Below are positions 47,193-57,690 of a stretch of DNA of 64,000 nucleotides, piece after piece. A program made the translations under genes and the position numbers. Source of the stretch: an uncultured Candidatus Rokubacteria bacterium (GTDB lineage Bacteria; Methylomirabilota; Methylomirabilia; Rokubacteriales; DASRDR01); NCBI GenBank assembly GCA_963805625.1, contig CAWDVE010000021.1, forward strand, positions 320,001 through 384,000, in the 5' to 3' direction. The notes beneath the pieces were generated by a model. The model was not told the origin of the DNA and did not search any database. It was given only the letters and a program-made list of their open reading frames with translations. Positions within the stretch are counted from its first letter, which is position 1. The number at the start of each line of letters is the position of its first letter.

Positions 47193-47687
47193 CTAGCCGC
47201 CGGTCAGCAGGGTGAACATCCGCCGCAGCAGGGCCTCGTGCTCCTCGACGTTCTGGCGGAAGATCCGGAGCTCGTCGTGGGCATGGAGATCCAGCGCCGT
47301 GACGGCGCTGCCCGTCGCCCAGGGCCCGAGATCCACGACCTGAAAGCACGACCGCCCCGCTTCGGGATGGTCGGTGACGAAGACGAACACCAGGGCCGGC
47401 CAGTGCCGCTTGGCGACCGTGAACAGGGAGTGCGGGCCGCGCTGGGATTCGATGAGCAGGTACTGGGCCACCTGGGGTCGATAGCGCACCTCGACGACGC
47501 ACGGGGCGGGGACGTGGCCCCCGCCCGCGGCCGGGAGGGTCGCCTGGAAGTCGGGAATGAGGTCCTCTCGCCCCAGGCGCTGCGACGTCTCGACGGCGAC
47601 GGGAGGGGAGAGGGTGAAGCCGGCCCGACGGAAGATCGATTCCACCAGGGCCACCGCGATGCGCCCCTTGATCTCGAGGAGGTCCAC
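47193..47687 (-). CDS. Hypothetical protein, possibly a degenerate PD-(D/E)xK fold
   Basis: KGRIAVALVESIFRRAGF...IPDF...VEVRYR; starts 3 nt after the upstream gene's stop. Confidence 0.55.
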   Translation of the reverse strand: MDLLEIKGRIAVALVESIFRRAGFTLSPPVAVETSQRLGREDLIPDFQATLPAAGGGHVPAPCVVEVRYRPQVAQYLLIESQRGPHSLFTVAKRHWPALVFVFVTDHPEAGRSCFQVVDLGPWATGSAVTALDLHAHDELRIFRQNVEEHEALLRRMFTLLTGG

Positions 47688-47690
47688 GGG

Positions 47691-49088
47691 TCAGCTCGTC
47701 GCCCGGGGGAGGCGGTCTACGCACAGCACGCGGCGGAACGCCTCGGTGAGCTCGCCGTCGTGGCGATGGTCGCGCGCGAAGATCCGGCACTGGGCCACCT
47801 TGCCCGGAAGGTACTTGAAGAGCGCCGCCAGCGCCTCCCGGGACACGCGGCCGGTCACCCCATCGTAGACGTAGATCTGCCGATCCCCCATCGCGAGGGG
47901 ATTCTCCGGGCGCGGGTCCTGGAACGCGAGGTCGACCTGGAACTCGAGCCCCTGGAGCGCCCGCGGGAGCGCGGCCCGCACCTCGGTCGCGACGGAATCG
48001 GGGCGCATGCCCGCCCAGCCGGGGATCTCCGCGTCGTCGAGGACCTCCTCGTGGACCATGCGCCATCGGATCCGCCGGTCGAGCACCTGCCGCCACTCCC
48101 GCCCGAGCGCGCGCCGCTCCGGGTCATCCGCGTCGTGCCAGCGGCCGACCTCCTCGAGCAGCGTCCACTCCGTGAGATGGAGGTAGGGGTGGAGGTCCTT
48201 CCGGAGGTCCCACGGGAAGACGATGCGCATCGTCGGGCGGAAGATCTCCTTGAGGTGGAGATCGATGGCGCGTGTCGTCCGATGGTAGTAGACGTTCGTG
48301 TACATGTAAAAGCGCGCGGTCAGGAACATGATGAGCGCCTGGGTCCCGCTCCGGTCGAGCGTCAGACCCTCCGGCGTGAAGAAGCTGTAGTAGATGATCC
48401 GGTCGAGGTCCGCCCCCACCGCGACGCCGCACATGTGGGCATCCCGGAGCACGTAGTCGAGGTTGTCCGCGGTGTAGATCCCGGAGAGCACGGGCTTCAG
48501 GAACGCGAGCCAGCGCGGATCGCCCGGGGCCGGCTGCGTGTAGGCCTTCCCCATGAGGTAGCAGATCCACTCGGGCTCGATCGCCTCGCCGGGGGCGAAC
48601 ACGCCATGGGGGCTCCGCCGGAGCCCGCGGATCGCGTCCCCGAGCTCTTCCCGGATGATCCGCTGGCCGACCAGCTCGTGGGTGAGGTCGATGTCGGCCA
48701 GGAAGTTGTCGTCGAAGAAGTGCCCGAACGGTCCGTGACCCACGTCGTGGAGGAGCCCGGCGACGCGGAGGAGCTCCTCCACGAGCGGGGCCGAGGGGGC
48801 GTCGGGAAAGACGGCCCGGAGCGACGGCCAGAGCTGCTGCGCGAAGCGGCCGGCGACGTGCATCGCGCCGAGGGCGTGCGGAAAGCGGCTGTGTTCGGCA
48901 GTGGGGAACACCCAGCGCGCCGACTGGAGCTGCGGGATCCGCCGGAGGCGCTGCACCCACGGCGTGTCGATCAGGTCCTGCTCGGTCGCCTCGCCGGCGA
49001 TGAGGCCGTCGGCCCGCGTGTAGAGGAGGTACCCGTGGATCGGGTCGACGATGAGGCCCTTGCCGCGGTAGGTCTCGGCACCCGTCAT
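47691..49088 (-). CDS. HD-domain phosphohydrolase (SAMHD1/dNTPase-like)
   Basis: DPIHG...QRLRRIPQL...HSRFPHALG...LLHDVGHGPFGH...ADNLDYVLRD...VYYHRT. Confidence 0.92.
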   Translation of the reverse strand: MTGAETYRGKGLIVDPIHGYLLYTRADGLIAGEATEQDLIDTPWVQRLRRIPQLQSARWVFPTAEHSRFPHALGAMHVAGRFAQQLWPSLRAVFPDAPSAPLVEELLRVAGLLHDVGHGPFGHFFDDNFLADIDLTHELVGQRIIREELGDAIRGLRRSPHGVFAPGEAIEPEWICYLMGKAYTQPAPGDPRWLAFLKPVLSGIYTADNLDYVLRDAHMCGVAVGADLDRIIYYSFFTPEGLTLDRSGTQALIMFLTARFYMYTNVYYHRTTRAIDLHLKEIFRPTMRIVFPWDLRKDLHPYLHLTEWTLLEEVGRWHDADDPERRALGREWRQVLDRRIRWRMVHEEVLDDAEIPGWAGMRPDSVATEVRAALPRALQGLEFQVDLAFQDPRPENPLAMGDRQIYVYDGVTGRVSREALAALFKYLPGKVAQCRIFARDHRHDGELTEAFRRVLCVDRLPRATS

Positions 49089-49093
49089 GTCCG

Positions 49094-50161
49094 CTACACG
49101 AGCCCGACCTGGCTCCGGTCCCCCAGCATGAGGTTGTAGGCGCGGGGCTTCGTGGCCGCGCGGTAGACGCGGACGCCCCGGCCGAGGAGGCTCGACTCGA
49201 TCCGCGCGCCCACGTCGGTCACCGACGAGCCCTCGAGGATGATCGAGTGCTCGATCTCGCTCCCGCGGATCGTCACGCCGTCCCCGAGGGCCGTGAAGGG
49301 CCCCACGTAGGCGTTCTCGATCACGGCGCCCCGGCCGATGATGGCCGGGCCGCGCACGACGCTCCGCACGACGCGCGCCTCCGCCTCGATCACCACCCGG
49401 CCGGTGACCTCGGAGTCCTCGACGAGGCCGTCGACGCGCCGGTCCAGCGTGTCGAGCACGATCCGGTTGGCCTCGAGGAGATCCTCGAGCTTCCCGGTGT
49501 CCTTCCACCACCCCTCGATCACGTGGGGGCGGACGGCCAGGCCGTGGTCGATGAGGTACTGGATGGCGTCGGTGATCTCGAGCTCGCCCCGCCCGGACGG
49601 CCGGATGCCCCGGGCCGCGTCGAAGATGTGGTCGTCGAACATGTACACGCCCACGAGCGCAAGATCGGACGGCGGCACGGGCGGCTTCTCGACGAGCCGC
49701 ACGACGCGGCCGCCCTCCAGGATGGCGACCCCGAACTCCTGGGGGTTCGGCACCTTCGCGAGCAGGATCTGGGCGGCGGGCGCCTCGGCCTGGAACCGCG
49801 CGACGAGCGGAGCCAGCGGCTCGCGTATCAGGTTGTCGCCGAGGTACATCACGAACGGCTGGCCCCGGAGGAATGGCTCGGCCGTCAGCACGGCGTGCGC
49901 CAGTCCAAGCGGGGCCTCCTGCGGGATGTAGGTGACCCGCACGCCCCAGCGGCTCCCGTCACCCACGGCGTCGCGGATCTCCTGGTGAGTATCGCCGACG
50001 ACGATCCCGACCTCCTCGAGGCCTGACGCGGCGAGCGCCTCGAGCCCGTAGAACAGGATGGGCTTGTTGGCGACCGGCACGAGCTGCTTGGCCGACGTGT
50101 AGGTGATCGGCCGGAGACGGGTGCCGCGCCCTCCCGAGAGGATCAGCCCGCGCATGCCCAT
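49094..50161 (-). CDS. Glucose-1-phosphate thymidylyltransferase, long form
   Basis: LSGGRGTRLRPIT...KQLVPVANKP; YLGDN; RGELEITD; WKDTG. Confidence 0.93.
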   Translation of the reverse strand: MGMRGLILSGGRGTRLRPITYTSAKQLVPVANKPILFYGLEALAASGLEEVGIVVGDTHQEIRDAVGDGSRWGVRVTYIPQEAPLGLAHAVLTAEPFLRGQPFVMYLGDNLIREPLAPLVARFQAEAPAAQILLAKVPNPQEFGVAILEGGRVVRLVEKPPVPPSDLALVGVYMFDDHIFDAARGIRPSGRGELEITDAIQYLIDHGLAVRPHVIEGWWKDTGKLEDLLEANRIVLDTLDRRVDGLVEDSEVTGRVVIEAEARVVRSVVRGPAIIGRGAVIENAYVGPFTALGDGVTIRGSEIEHSIILEGSSVTDVGARIESSLLGRGVRVYRAATKPRAYNLMLGDRSQVGLV

Positions 50162-50171
50162 CGCCCCCACA

Positions 50172-51572
50172 TCACCCGAGATGGCGGTGCTGCCACGCGC
50201 GGTAGAGCGTGAGGATCATGATCTTCAGGTCGAGCGCCAGCGACCAGTTCTGGATGTAGTAGAGATCGTACTCGATGCGCTTCTCAAGGGAGGTGTCCCC
50301 CCGAAGCCCGTTGACCTGTGCCCACCCCGTCAGCCCGGCCTTGACCTTGTGGCGCAGCATGTACTGCGGGATCCGCGTTTTGAACTGGTGGACGAAGAAC
50401 GGGCGCTCCGGCCGGGGCCCGACGAGGCTCATGTCCCCGGTGAGGACGTTCCAGAGCTGGGGCAGCTCGTCGATCGAGAAGCGCCGGAGCATCCGCCCGA
50501 ACCGGGTCGCCCGGCGGTCGCCGCGGCGCGCCCACACGGGTCCCGACCCGCCCTCGGTGCCCTCGGGCATCGTGCGGAACTTGACGATGTCGAACGAGCG
50601 CCCGTCGAGCCCCGTACGCTCCTGCCGGTAGAAGACGGACCCCGGCGACGTCAACCGGATCGTGAGGGCGATCGCGCCGAGGACCGGGGCCAGCAGGACC
50701 AGCCCGAGCGTCGCCAGCAAGAGGTCCATGCCTCGCTTGAGGAGGCGCGCCCAGCCGATGATGGGCGACTGCGCGAGGCTGATCACGGGTAAGCCCTCGA
50801 GCTCCTCGACGGCCGCTCGAAGCGTGACGAACTGGAGCACGTCCGGAACCATCTTGACGTCGACCAGCTCGCCCTCGATGGCGTTCAGGACCTTCAGCAC
50901 CTCGTGGTGCGCCTCGAGCGGCAGCGCCAGGAAGATCTGGTCCACGCGGTAGTCGGCGAGGACGCGCGTGACCGCCTCACACCCCCCGAGGACTTCCTTG
51001 CCCTCGATCCGCTCGCCGACGGGGATGCGGTCGTCGAGATAGCCCACCACGCGCACACCGAACTCCGGGTGGCCCCGGAGCCGGCGGGTGACCTCCTGGC
51101 CGAGATCCCCAGCCCCGACGACGAGCGCGCGACGGACGAAGCGCCCGTGGCGCCGGAGCGCGCGGACCACGTCGCGGATCGCGAGCCGGACGCCAAAGAC
51201 CGCGACGACGTCGAACGCCCAAAACACCAGCATGAACCAGCGCGAATAGGAGAAGCTCCGGAGGAAGAACGTCCCCGCCACCAGGAGGAGCGTGGCCAGC
51301 GTGACGCCCTGGAGCACGACGAAGGCCTCGTCGGCCTTGGTCCGCTCGTGGCGGTACTCGTAGAGACCCACCGCACGGAGCGACAGGGCGTGGAGCGGCA
51401 GGAGCAGCGCCAGGAGCAACAGATAGGGCTCCATCGGGGGGATCCCGAGCGGCGCCGGGATCATGTCGGCCCGGAAGCGGACGAAGTAGGCCGCGATGAG
51501 GGCGACGGCCCCCGCGAGGGCATCCCCCGCCGCGAGGGCAAGGACCAGCCAGAGCCGGCGTTCCTTCAGCAC
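50172..51572 (-). CDS. Undecaprenyl-phosphate sugar phosphotransferase (WcaJ-like)
   Basis: KFRTM; DELPQLWNVL.GDMSLVGPRPERP; GLTGWAQV; DLYYI. Confidence 0.95.
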   Translation of the reverse strand: MLKERRLWLVLALAAGDALAGAVALIAAYFVRFRADMIPAPLGIPPMEPYLLLLALLLPLHALSLRAVGLYEYRHERTKADEAFVVLQGVTLATLLLVAGTFFLRSFSYSRWFMLVFWAFDVVAVFGVRLAIRDVVRALRRHGRFVRRALVVGAGDLGQEVTRRLRGHPEFGVRVVGYLDDRIPVGERIEGKEVLGGCEAVTRVLADYRVDQIFLALPLEAHHEVLKVLNAIEGELVDVKMVPDVLQFVTLRAAVEELEGLPVISLAQSPIIGWARLLKRGMDLLLATLGLVLLAPVLGAIALTIRLTSPGSVFYRQERTGLDGRSFDIVKFRTMPEGTEGGSGPVWARRGDRRATRFGRMLRRFSIDELPQLWNVLTGDMSLVGPRPERPFFVHQFKTRIPQYMLRHKVKAGLTGWAQVNGLRGDTSLEKRIEYDLYYIQNWSLALDLKIMILTLYRAWQHRHLG

Positions 51573-52678
51573 GCGGCGCGCGACTCCTGGCCCGCGCCGA
51601 GCGCGGCCTCGACGAGCGCGGTCATCTCCGCCCGGAACCCCTCCTCGCCGAAGCGGAGCGCGTGCGCCCGAATCTTCTCGGCGCTCCAGCCCGTCACCTC
51701 GCCCTGCCCGAGCGCGTCAATCAGCGCCGCCGCCGTCTGCTCCCGGAAGAAAAGCCCGGTCACACCCTCCACCACCGTCTCGGTGAGGGCGCCCCGCCAG
51801 TAGGCGATGACCGGCCGCCCGGCCGCCGTCGCCTCGAGCGGCGCGATTCCGAACTCCTCCTCCCCGGGAAAGAGGAACGCGCGGCAGCGGGCGACCGCCA
51901 GGCGCACCGCCTCGTCGGGCTGCCATCCGAGGAAGCGCACCGTGGGGCCGGCGCGCCGGCGGAGCCGCGGAAGCTCGGGGCCCGTGCCGATGACGTCGAG
52001 CCGGCGCCCGAGCCGGGTGCACGCGTCCACCGCGAGGTCCACGCGCTTGTACGGCGTCAGCGCGGACACGCACAGGTATGCGTCGCCGACTGCGCCGGGC
52101 GCGACCGGCCGGAAGAACGCCGTCCGCACCGGGGGGTAGACGACACGCGCCTCCCGCTCCCAGACCCGCCGGATGCGGGCAGCCACGTGCCGCGAGATGC
52201 ACCCGAGGCGGCCAGCGCGCCGGCCGGCCGCGCGGTCCCACCGGCGGAGCGCGGCCAGGGCCACCCGGAGCGGCCCGCGTGCGAGCGGCGGCACCCGCCC
52301 CACGTAGGCACCTTCGAACGTCCACGCATAGCGCATCGGGGTGAAGCAGTAGACGACGTGCGCCGCGCCGGCGGGCGGCCGGGCCCCGACCGCGACGCAG
52401 TGGCTCGTCGCCAGGACGAGATCGTAGCCCCGGAGGTCGAAGCGGCGCACCGCGAGCGGGAACAGTGGTAGGTACTGGCGGAATCGACGCGGCGCGCCGG
52501 GCAGCCGCTGGATGAAGGACGTCCGGATGGGCCGCGCCTCGATGGCCGGCACGACGCTGCCGGGGACGTGGACGAGCGTGAAGATGTCCGCCGCGGGAAA
52601 GAGGCCGACCAGGGCCTCGAGGACGCGCTCCCCTCCCCGCATGCCGGTCAGCCAGTCATGGACCAGCGCGACCCGCAT
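51566..52678 (-). CDS. GT4 glycosyltransferase
   Basis: HDWLTGMRGGERV; EEFGIAPLEA. Confidence 0.93.
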   Translation of the reverse strand: MRVALVHDWLTGMRGGERVLEALVGLFPAADIFTLVHVPGSVVPAIEARPIRTSFIQRLPGAPRRFRQYLPLFPLAVRRFDLRGYDLVLATSHCVAVGARPPAGAAHVVYCFTPMRYAWTFEGAYVGRVPPLARGPLRVALAALRRWDRAAGRRAGRLGCISRHVAARIRRVWEREARVVYPPVRTAFFRPVAPGAVGDAYLCVSALTPYKRVDLAVDACTRLGRRLDVIGTGPELPRLRRRAGPTVRFLGWQPDEAVRLAVARCRAFLFPGEEEFGIAPLEATAAGRPVIAYWRGALTETVVEGVTGLFFREQTAAALIDALGQGEVTGWSAEKIRAHALRFGEEGFRAEMTALVEAALGAGQESRAAC

Positions 52679-52694
52679 CAGTCACCCACGTTCC

Positions 52695-53807
52695 TCAGGC
52701 CCCCAGCGCCTCACGGTAGACGGCGACCGTGGCTTCGGCGACGTGCCGCCACGAGAATGCGCGCGCGCGGGCCAGTCCACGGGCCCGGAGCGCGGCGCGG
52801 AGAGGTTCTTGACCGGCCAGAGTATACATAGCCTCACGCAGAGCGTCAACGTCGGTGGGGTTAACGAGCAGACCCGCATCGCCCACGACCTCGGGCAGAC
52901 CGCCTCGGTTCCCGGCGACGACGGGCGCGCCGCACGCCATCGCCTCGAGCGCCGCGAGCCCGAACCCTTCCCAGAGCGACGGGCACACCACGACGGTGGC
53001 GCTCTGGTAGAGACGCGCCAGGACGGGCGCCGGCACCGCGGCCAGCACGCGCACGCGACCCCCGAGGCCGGGCCTGGCACAGAGACCGTCGACCCAGGCG
53101 CGCGCGGCCGGCGGAATCCCCACCAGCACGAGCCGGCCCAGGACCGGGGGGAGCCCGGCGAAGGCGTCGAGGAGCCGGGTGACGTTCTTGTGCGGGAGCG
53201 GGTTGCCCACGAAGAGGAAATACGGCCGCGACACGCCGAGCTCGTCGAGCGTCGGGGCCGCGGTCCCGGAGGAATCGGCGGGCCCGAACGGCGCGCCCAC
53301 GCCGTTCGGGATCACACGGATCCGCTCCGGCCGGGCGCCGAGCCGCTCGACGAGGTCCCGGCGCGTGGACTCGGAGACGGTGATCAGCCGACGCGCCCGT
53401 CGCACCGCCAGGCGGAGCATCAGGCGCGCGTAGAGCGGCGCCAGGAGATGGCGATGGCGCACCGGGAAGCGAAGATGGATCAGGTCGTGCACGGTCACGA
53501 CCGCCGGACACGGGAGCCACGGCGGGCAGACGTAGTGCGGCGCGTGATAGAGATCGACCCGGTCTCGGCGCGCGGCGAGCGCGAGCTGCCAGAGCTCGGA
53601 CACGGAGTAGGGGCCCGCCGCCACCGGACGCCAGAGGGCACGCGCACCCCACGCCGCGGCAGCGGGCGCCGACGGCGGCCGGCCCGGCGGGAGATAGGCC
53701 ACCAGCCCCTCGGGCTGGCCCACCCCCGGAAGCGCCTCGAGGAGTCCCTGGATGTACGTGCCGATGCCGAAGTCGTCGATCTTGCGCGCGTCGACCGCGA
53801 CCTTCAT
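52695..53807 (-). CDS. GT4 glycosyltransferase
   Basis: MKVAVDAR...PHKN...EGFGLAALEAMACG. Confidence 0.93.
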   Translation of the reverse strand: MKVAVDARKIDDFGIGTYIQGLLEALPGVGQPEGLVAYLPPGRPPSAPAAAAWGARALWRPVAAGPYSVSELWQLALAARRDRVDLYHAPHYVCPPWLPCPAVVTVHDLIHLRFPVRHRHLLAPLYARLMLRLAVRRARRLITVSESTRRDLVERLGARPERIRVIPNGVGAPFGPADSSGTAAPTLDELGVSRPYFLFVGNPLPHKNVTRLLDAFAGLPPVLGRLVLVGIPPAARAWVDGLCARPGLGGRVRVLAAVPAPVLARLYQSATVVVCPSLWEGFGLAALEAMACGAPVVAGNRGGLPEVVGDAGLLVNPTDVDALREAMYTLAGQEPLRAALRARGLARARAFSWRHVAEATVAVYREALGA

Positions 53808-54955
53808 CGGTGGCTTCGCCGGCCGTGCACGGCCTCGTACACCGCCAGCGTCTGGCGGGCGACCGTGTTCCACTCGAACCGCGCCGCGCGCGCGTGCCCG
53901 CGTGCGATCAGGCGCTCCCGGAGCTCTCCGTCGGTGAGCACGGCCTCGATCGCCGTCGCGAGCTCGCCCGGCACGCGGGCGTCGACGAGGAGGGCCGCGT
54001 CGCCCGCCACCTCGGGGATCGAGCCCGCGCGGGCCGCGACCACCGGCGCGCCCGCGGCCATTGCCTCCAGCACCGGCAGCCCAAAGCCTTCGTAGAGGGA
54101 CGGAAAGACGAAGCACGTCGCGCCCGCATAGAGCGCCGGCAGGTCCGCGATCGGCACGTAGTCGGTGAACGCGACGGCGGTCCCGAGGCCGTGCTCCTCG
54201 ACGGCGCGAAAAATCCCGGCATGGAGCCAGGCTCGCGTCCCGGCGAGGACGAGCTGTGCCGAGCGGCCCGCGGTCCCGAGGCGCCGCCGCACCTCCGCGA
54301 ACGCCTCGATCAGCCCCGGTAGGTTCTTGCGCGGCTCGAGGTTCCCGACGAAGAGGCAGTAGGGGCGCTGGAGCCCGTAGCGGCGGACCACGGCGTCGAC
54401 CGCCTCGGGGGACAGGGGCCGGGCGAACTCCGGCCCGACCGCCTCGTGGATCACGACGATCTTGGACGGGGGCACGCGGAGGATCTCCACGAGATCGGCC
54501 TTCGTGGCCTCGGACACAGCGATGATCCGATCCGCGGACCTCACGGCGAGCCGCGTCATGAGGCGCATGTAGAGGCTGTACTTCCGCGGCACGGTCTCGG
54601 GGAACAGGAACGAGACCAGGTCGTGGATCGTGACGACGGTGCGGTAGCCGAGCTTCACGTGCGGCAGGAAGACGGCCGGGCCGTGGTAGACGTCCGTCCG
54701 GAGGGTGCGAAGCCGGAGCGGCAGGTAGCCGAGGAGCCAGAGATCCCCCCGGAGATGGTCCTCGAAGGACACGCGGGTCGGCAACGCCGCGACGTTGGCC
54801 TGGCGGACCGGCAGCCCCGGGCCATCGGCCGCCACGAGGCACGTGTAGCGGTTGTCGTGATCGATCGTCGCGAGCCCAGTGAGGAGGCGCTGGGCATACG
54901 CGCCCACGCCCGACTGGCGCCGCGCGATGTACCGGGCGTCGAGGACGACGTGCAT
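53804..54955 (-). CDS. GT4 glycosyltransferase
   Basis: MHVVLDARY...EPRKN...YEGFGLPVLEAM. Confidence 0.93.
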   Translation of the reverse strand: MHVVLDARYIARRQSGVGAYAQRLLTGLATIDHDNRYTCLVAADGPGLPVRQANVAALPTRVSFEDHLRGDLWLLGYLPLRLRTLRTDVYHGPAVFLPHVKLGYRTVVTIHDLVSFLFPETVPRKYSLYMRLMTRLAVRSADRIIAVSEATKADLVEILRVPPSKIVVIHEAVGPEFARPLSPEAVDAVVRRYGLQRPYCLFVGNLEPRKNLPGLIEAFAEVRRRLGTAGRSAQLVLAGTRAWLHAGIFRAVEEHGLGTAVAFTDYVPIADLPALYAGATCFVFPSLYEGFGLPVLEAMAAGAPVVAARAGSIPEVAGDAALLVDARVPGELATAIEAVLTDGELRERLIARGHARAARFEWNTVARQTLAVYEAVHGRRSHR

Positions 54956-56409
54956 CACCCCACCCCCGCCGCGGAGGTCGGGCCGGAGCGGCCGAGGGCG
55001 CCGCGCAGGAGCCGCAGGCAGACCGAGCGCGGGATGGGCCGCAGCACGATGAGCGCCACCGCGTACGCGAGGAGAGCGCCGGCGAGCCGGCCGGCGCCCG
55101 CCGGCAGGAGATTCGCGACAGCCAGGCCGGCCGCGGCGGCGGCCAGGCCCTTGGCCGCCCCGCGCCCGAGCGGCCAGCCGGCAAGCCGACGGACGCCCAC
55201 GAGACTCGCGGCCAGGGTCACGCCCTCCACGACCAGGACGCCGACGGCCGCGCCCAGGGCTCCGCCTGCCGCCACGAGGCCCGGGATGGCGGCGAGCCCC
55301 GTCACGAACGCCAGCGTCGCGACCGCGCGCAGCCGACGGGGCCGATCGAGCGCCAGCAACACGACCCCGAGAAGGTGTCCCAGCATCGCGCAGGCGACGG
55401 CGGCGCCCAGGACCGCCAGGACCGGGCCCGTGGGACCGTACCCGACCCCGTAGATCCGCGGCGTCAGCCAGGACGCGCCCACGCCGAGCCCAAGGGCGAT
55501 CGGCAAGGCGACGAGCAGTAAGGCCTCGAACGCCTGGGTCGTGAGCGCCCGGAAACGCGGGAGCGCGGGCGGCGTCCGCGCCAGCACCGGGAAGACGGCC
55601 GCCTCCAGGCTCGCGAGCACGACCCACGCGACGTCGTAGACGCGGAACGCCGCCCCGAAGTGCCCCGCGGCCTGGTCGCCCGTGAGGAGCACGAGGGCGA
55701 CGGGCGCCAGGCGCGAGGTGGCGACGCCGAGGAACTGCGCCTGAGCGACCGGGGCCAGCTCCCGGGCCAGGCTCCGCGCCCCCGCGGGGCGCCACCACCG
55801 GTCGAGCGGGGCGACCCGGCGATGGATGCGCCCGATCGCGAAGACGAGCGACACGGCCGGGGCCAGGACGAACGCCGCCGCGATCCCGAGGAGCCCGGCA
55901 CCGAGCCCGAGGGCGGCGAAGCCGACCGTCACGAGCACGCCCTTCTCCAGGAGGCGCATCTGAAATTCCTGCTCGAGCCGCTGGACCGCCGTGAAGATGG
56001 ACACCCCGTTCTCGAGGAACGCCTGGAGCGTGATGGCCAGGCCGAGGAGCCACACGGCCGCCGTCGTGTCCCACGGGCGATGCAGGAGGAGGGGCACGGC
56101 GAGATAGACGGGCCCGACCAGGCCCAGCAGGAGGAGCTTCAAGGTCGACGCCGTCCCCCATCGCTCGGCGGTCGCGCCCGGGTCCCGCGCCACCGCCCGC
56201 GTGAGCACGACCGAGATGCCGAAGTCGAGCGCGATCCCCAGGACCGTCGCCAGGGCGTACGCGAAAGTGAACTTGCCGAACTCGGCGGGGCCGATGACCC
56301 GCGCGGTGACGATGATGAGGACGAGGGATCCGAACCGGGTCGCCTGGCCCAGGACCTTGAGGGCCGCGCTTCGCGCGACGCGCTCGGCGCTGCCTGGTGC
56401 CGCGATCAT
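54955..56409 (-). CDS. Wzx-like polysaccharide flippase
   Basis: Many TM helices; ARVIGPAEFG...DFGI; lies within a glycosyltransferase cluster. Confidence 0.88.
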   Translation of the reverse strand: MIAAPGSAERVARSAALKVLGQATRFGSLVLIIVTARVIGPAEFGKFTFAYALATVLGIALDFGISVVLTRAVARDPGATAERWGTASTLKLLLLGLVGPVYLAVPLLLHRPWDTTAAVWLLGLAITLQAFLENGVSIFTAVQRLEQEFQMRLLEKGVLVTVGFAALGLGAGLLGIAAAFVLAPAVSLVFAIGRIHRRVAPLDRWWRPAGARSLARELAPVAQAQFLGVATSRLAPVALVLLTGDQAAGHFGAAFRVYDVAWVVLASLEAAVFPVLARTPPALPRFRALTTQAFEALLLVALPIALGLGVGASWLTPRIYGVGYGPTGPVLAVLGAAVACAMLGHLLGVVLLALDRPRRLRAVATLAFVTGLAAIPGLVAAGGALGAAVGVLVVEGVTLAASLVGVRRLAGWPLGRGAAKGLAAAAAGLAVANLLPAGAGRLAGALLAYAVALIVLRPIPRSVCLRLLRGALGRSGPTSAAGVG

Positions 56410-57503
56410 GCCGCCGCCGCCCGGTAGACTGCCAGGGTCTCGCGCGCCGTGCGCGCCCAGGAGAACTCGGCCGCGCGCGCGAGGCCGGCCGAGCGTAGCC
56501 GCTCCCGCAAGGCCGGCTCGGCAAGGAGCCGCGCGAGGGCGTCGGCCAGCGGCTCGGGCGCGGGGTCGACCAGTAGCGCCCCGCCCGCTGTCACCTCGGG
56601 CAACGCCCCTCGGTTGGAGGCAACGACGGGCGCGCCGGTCGCCATCGCCTCGAGGGCCGGCAGTCCGAACCCCTCCCACAGCGACGGAAACGCGAACGCG
56701 AGCGCCCCGCCGTAGAGGGCCGGCAGGTCGGCGTCCGGCGCCGCGCCAACGAAGCGAACCGCACCGTCAATCCCGAGCGCGTGAGCACGCCGGGCTGGGT
56801 CCGGGCCCCAGCCGGGCGCCCCCACGACCACGAGCTCGGTCTCGCCCCACACGCGGGCGCGACGCAGCCGGGCCACGGCGTCGAGGAGGACGTCCAGGTT
56901 CTTCTTCGGCTCGAGGAAGCCAACGAACAGGACGTACGGGCGGATGAGCCCGTAGCGGGCGCGCGCCGCGGCGAGCGCCGCCGGACCGGGGGGCACGAAG
57001 TGAGGCGCGGCGGCCTCGGGCACGACCACGACGCGCGCGGGCGGCAGACGATAGCGGGCCAGGATTTCTCCCCGCGTCGTCTCCGAGACTGCGATGACGC
57101 GGGAGGCCCGGCGCAGCGCCCCGCCCAGGAGACACCGGACGGCCCACCGATGCCGGGCAGGCACGAGGCCCGGCAAGCGAAACGGCACCAGGTCGTGGAC
57201 CGTGGTCACAAGCGCCCACGGCCCGCGGCCCGGTAGCTCGAATCCTGTCACGCCGTGGAAGACGTCGACGGGGCGCCGCCGAAGGTCCCGGGGGGCGTGC
57301 CAGAGAGACCAGAGGAGCCGCTGGGGCCATGGCAGGCACCGCACCTCCGCCCCGCCGAGGGTCGGCCCGGGAGCGCGATCGACATAGAGGATCCACTGCT
57401 CCTCCGGGGCAAGCTGGAGGAGGTGCTCCATCAGAGAGCGGGTGTATCGACCGATCCCGCTCCGGGGCTCCGCCCAAAGCCTCGCGTCGATCGCGATGCG
57501 CAT
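56406..57503 (-). CDS. GT4 glycosyltransferase
   Basis: MRIAIDAR...EPKKN...WEGFGLPALEAM. Confidence 0.93.
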   Translation of the reverse strand: MRIAIDARLWAEPRSGIGRYTRSLMEHLLQLAPEEQWILYVDRAPGPTLGGAEVRCLPWPQRLLWSLWHAPRDLRRRPVDVFHGVTGFELPGRGPWALVTTVHDLVPFRLPGLVPARHRWAVRCLLGGALRRASRVIAVSETTRGEILARYRLPPARVVVVPEAAAPHFVPPGPAALAAARARYGLIRPYVLFVGFLEPKKNLDVLLDAVARLRRARVWGETELVVVGAPGWGPDPARRAHALGIDGAVRFVGAAPDADLPALYGGALAFAFPSLWEGFGLPALEAMATGAPVVASNRGALPEVTAGGALLVDPAPEPLADALARLLAEPALRERLRSAGLARAAEFSWARTARETLAVYRAAAA

Positions 57504-57690
57504 CTATCAGCCAACATTAGCCAATTTTTGATTCTTACCCGGGCGACTCAGTCTAGCCCGCCCCAGAGGATGGCTCAAGGAAGAAATATCCACCTGGACC
57601 CGATCGGGATATGTGGTAATGTCTCCATTCGGGCGGGCCGAGGGGGGCTCGGCCCTGGCTCGATCACCCGCGCGCCTGAGGAGTTACCTG

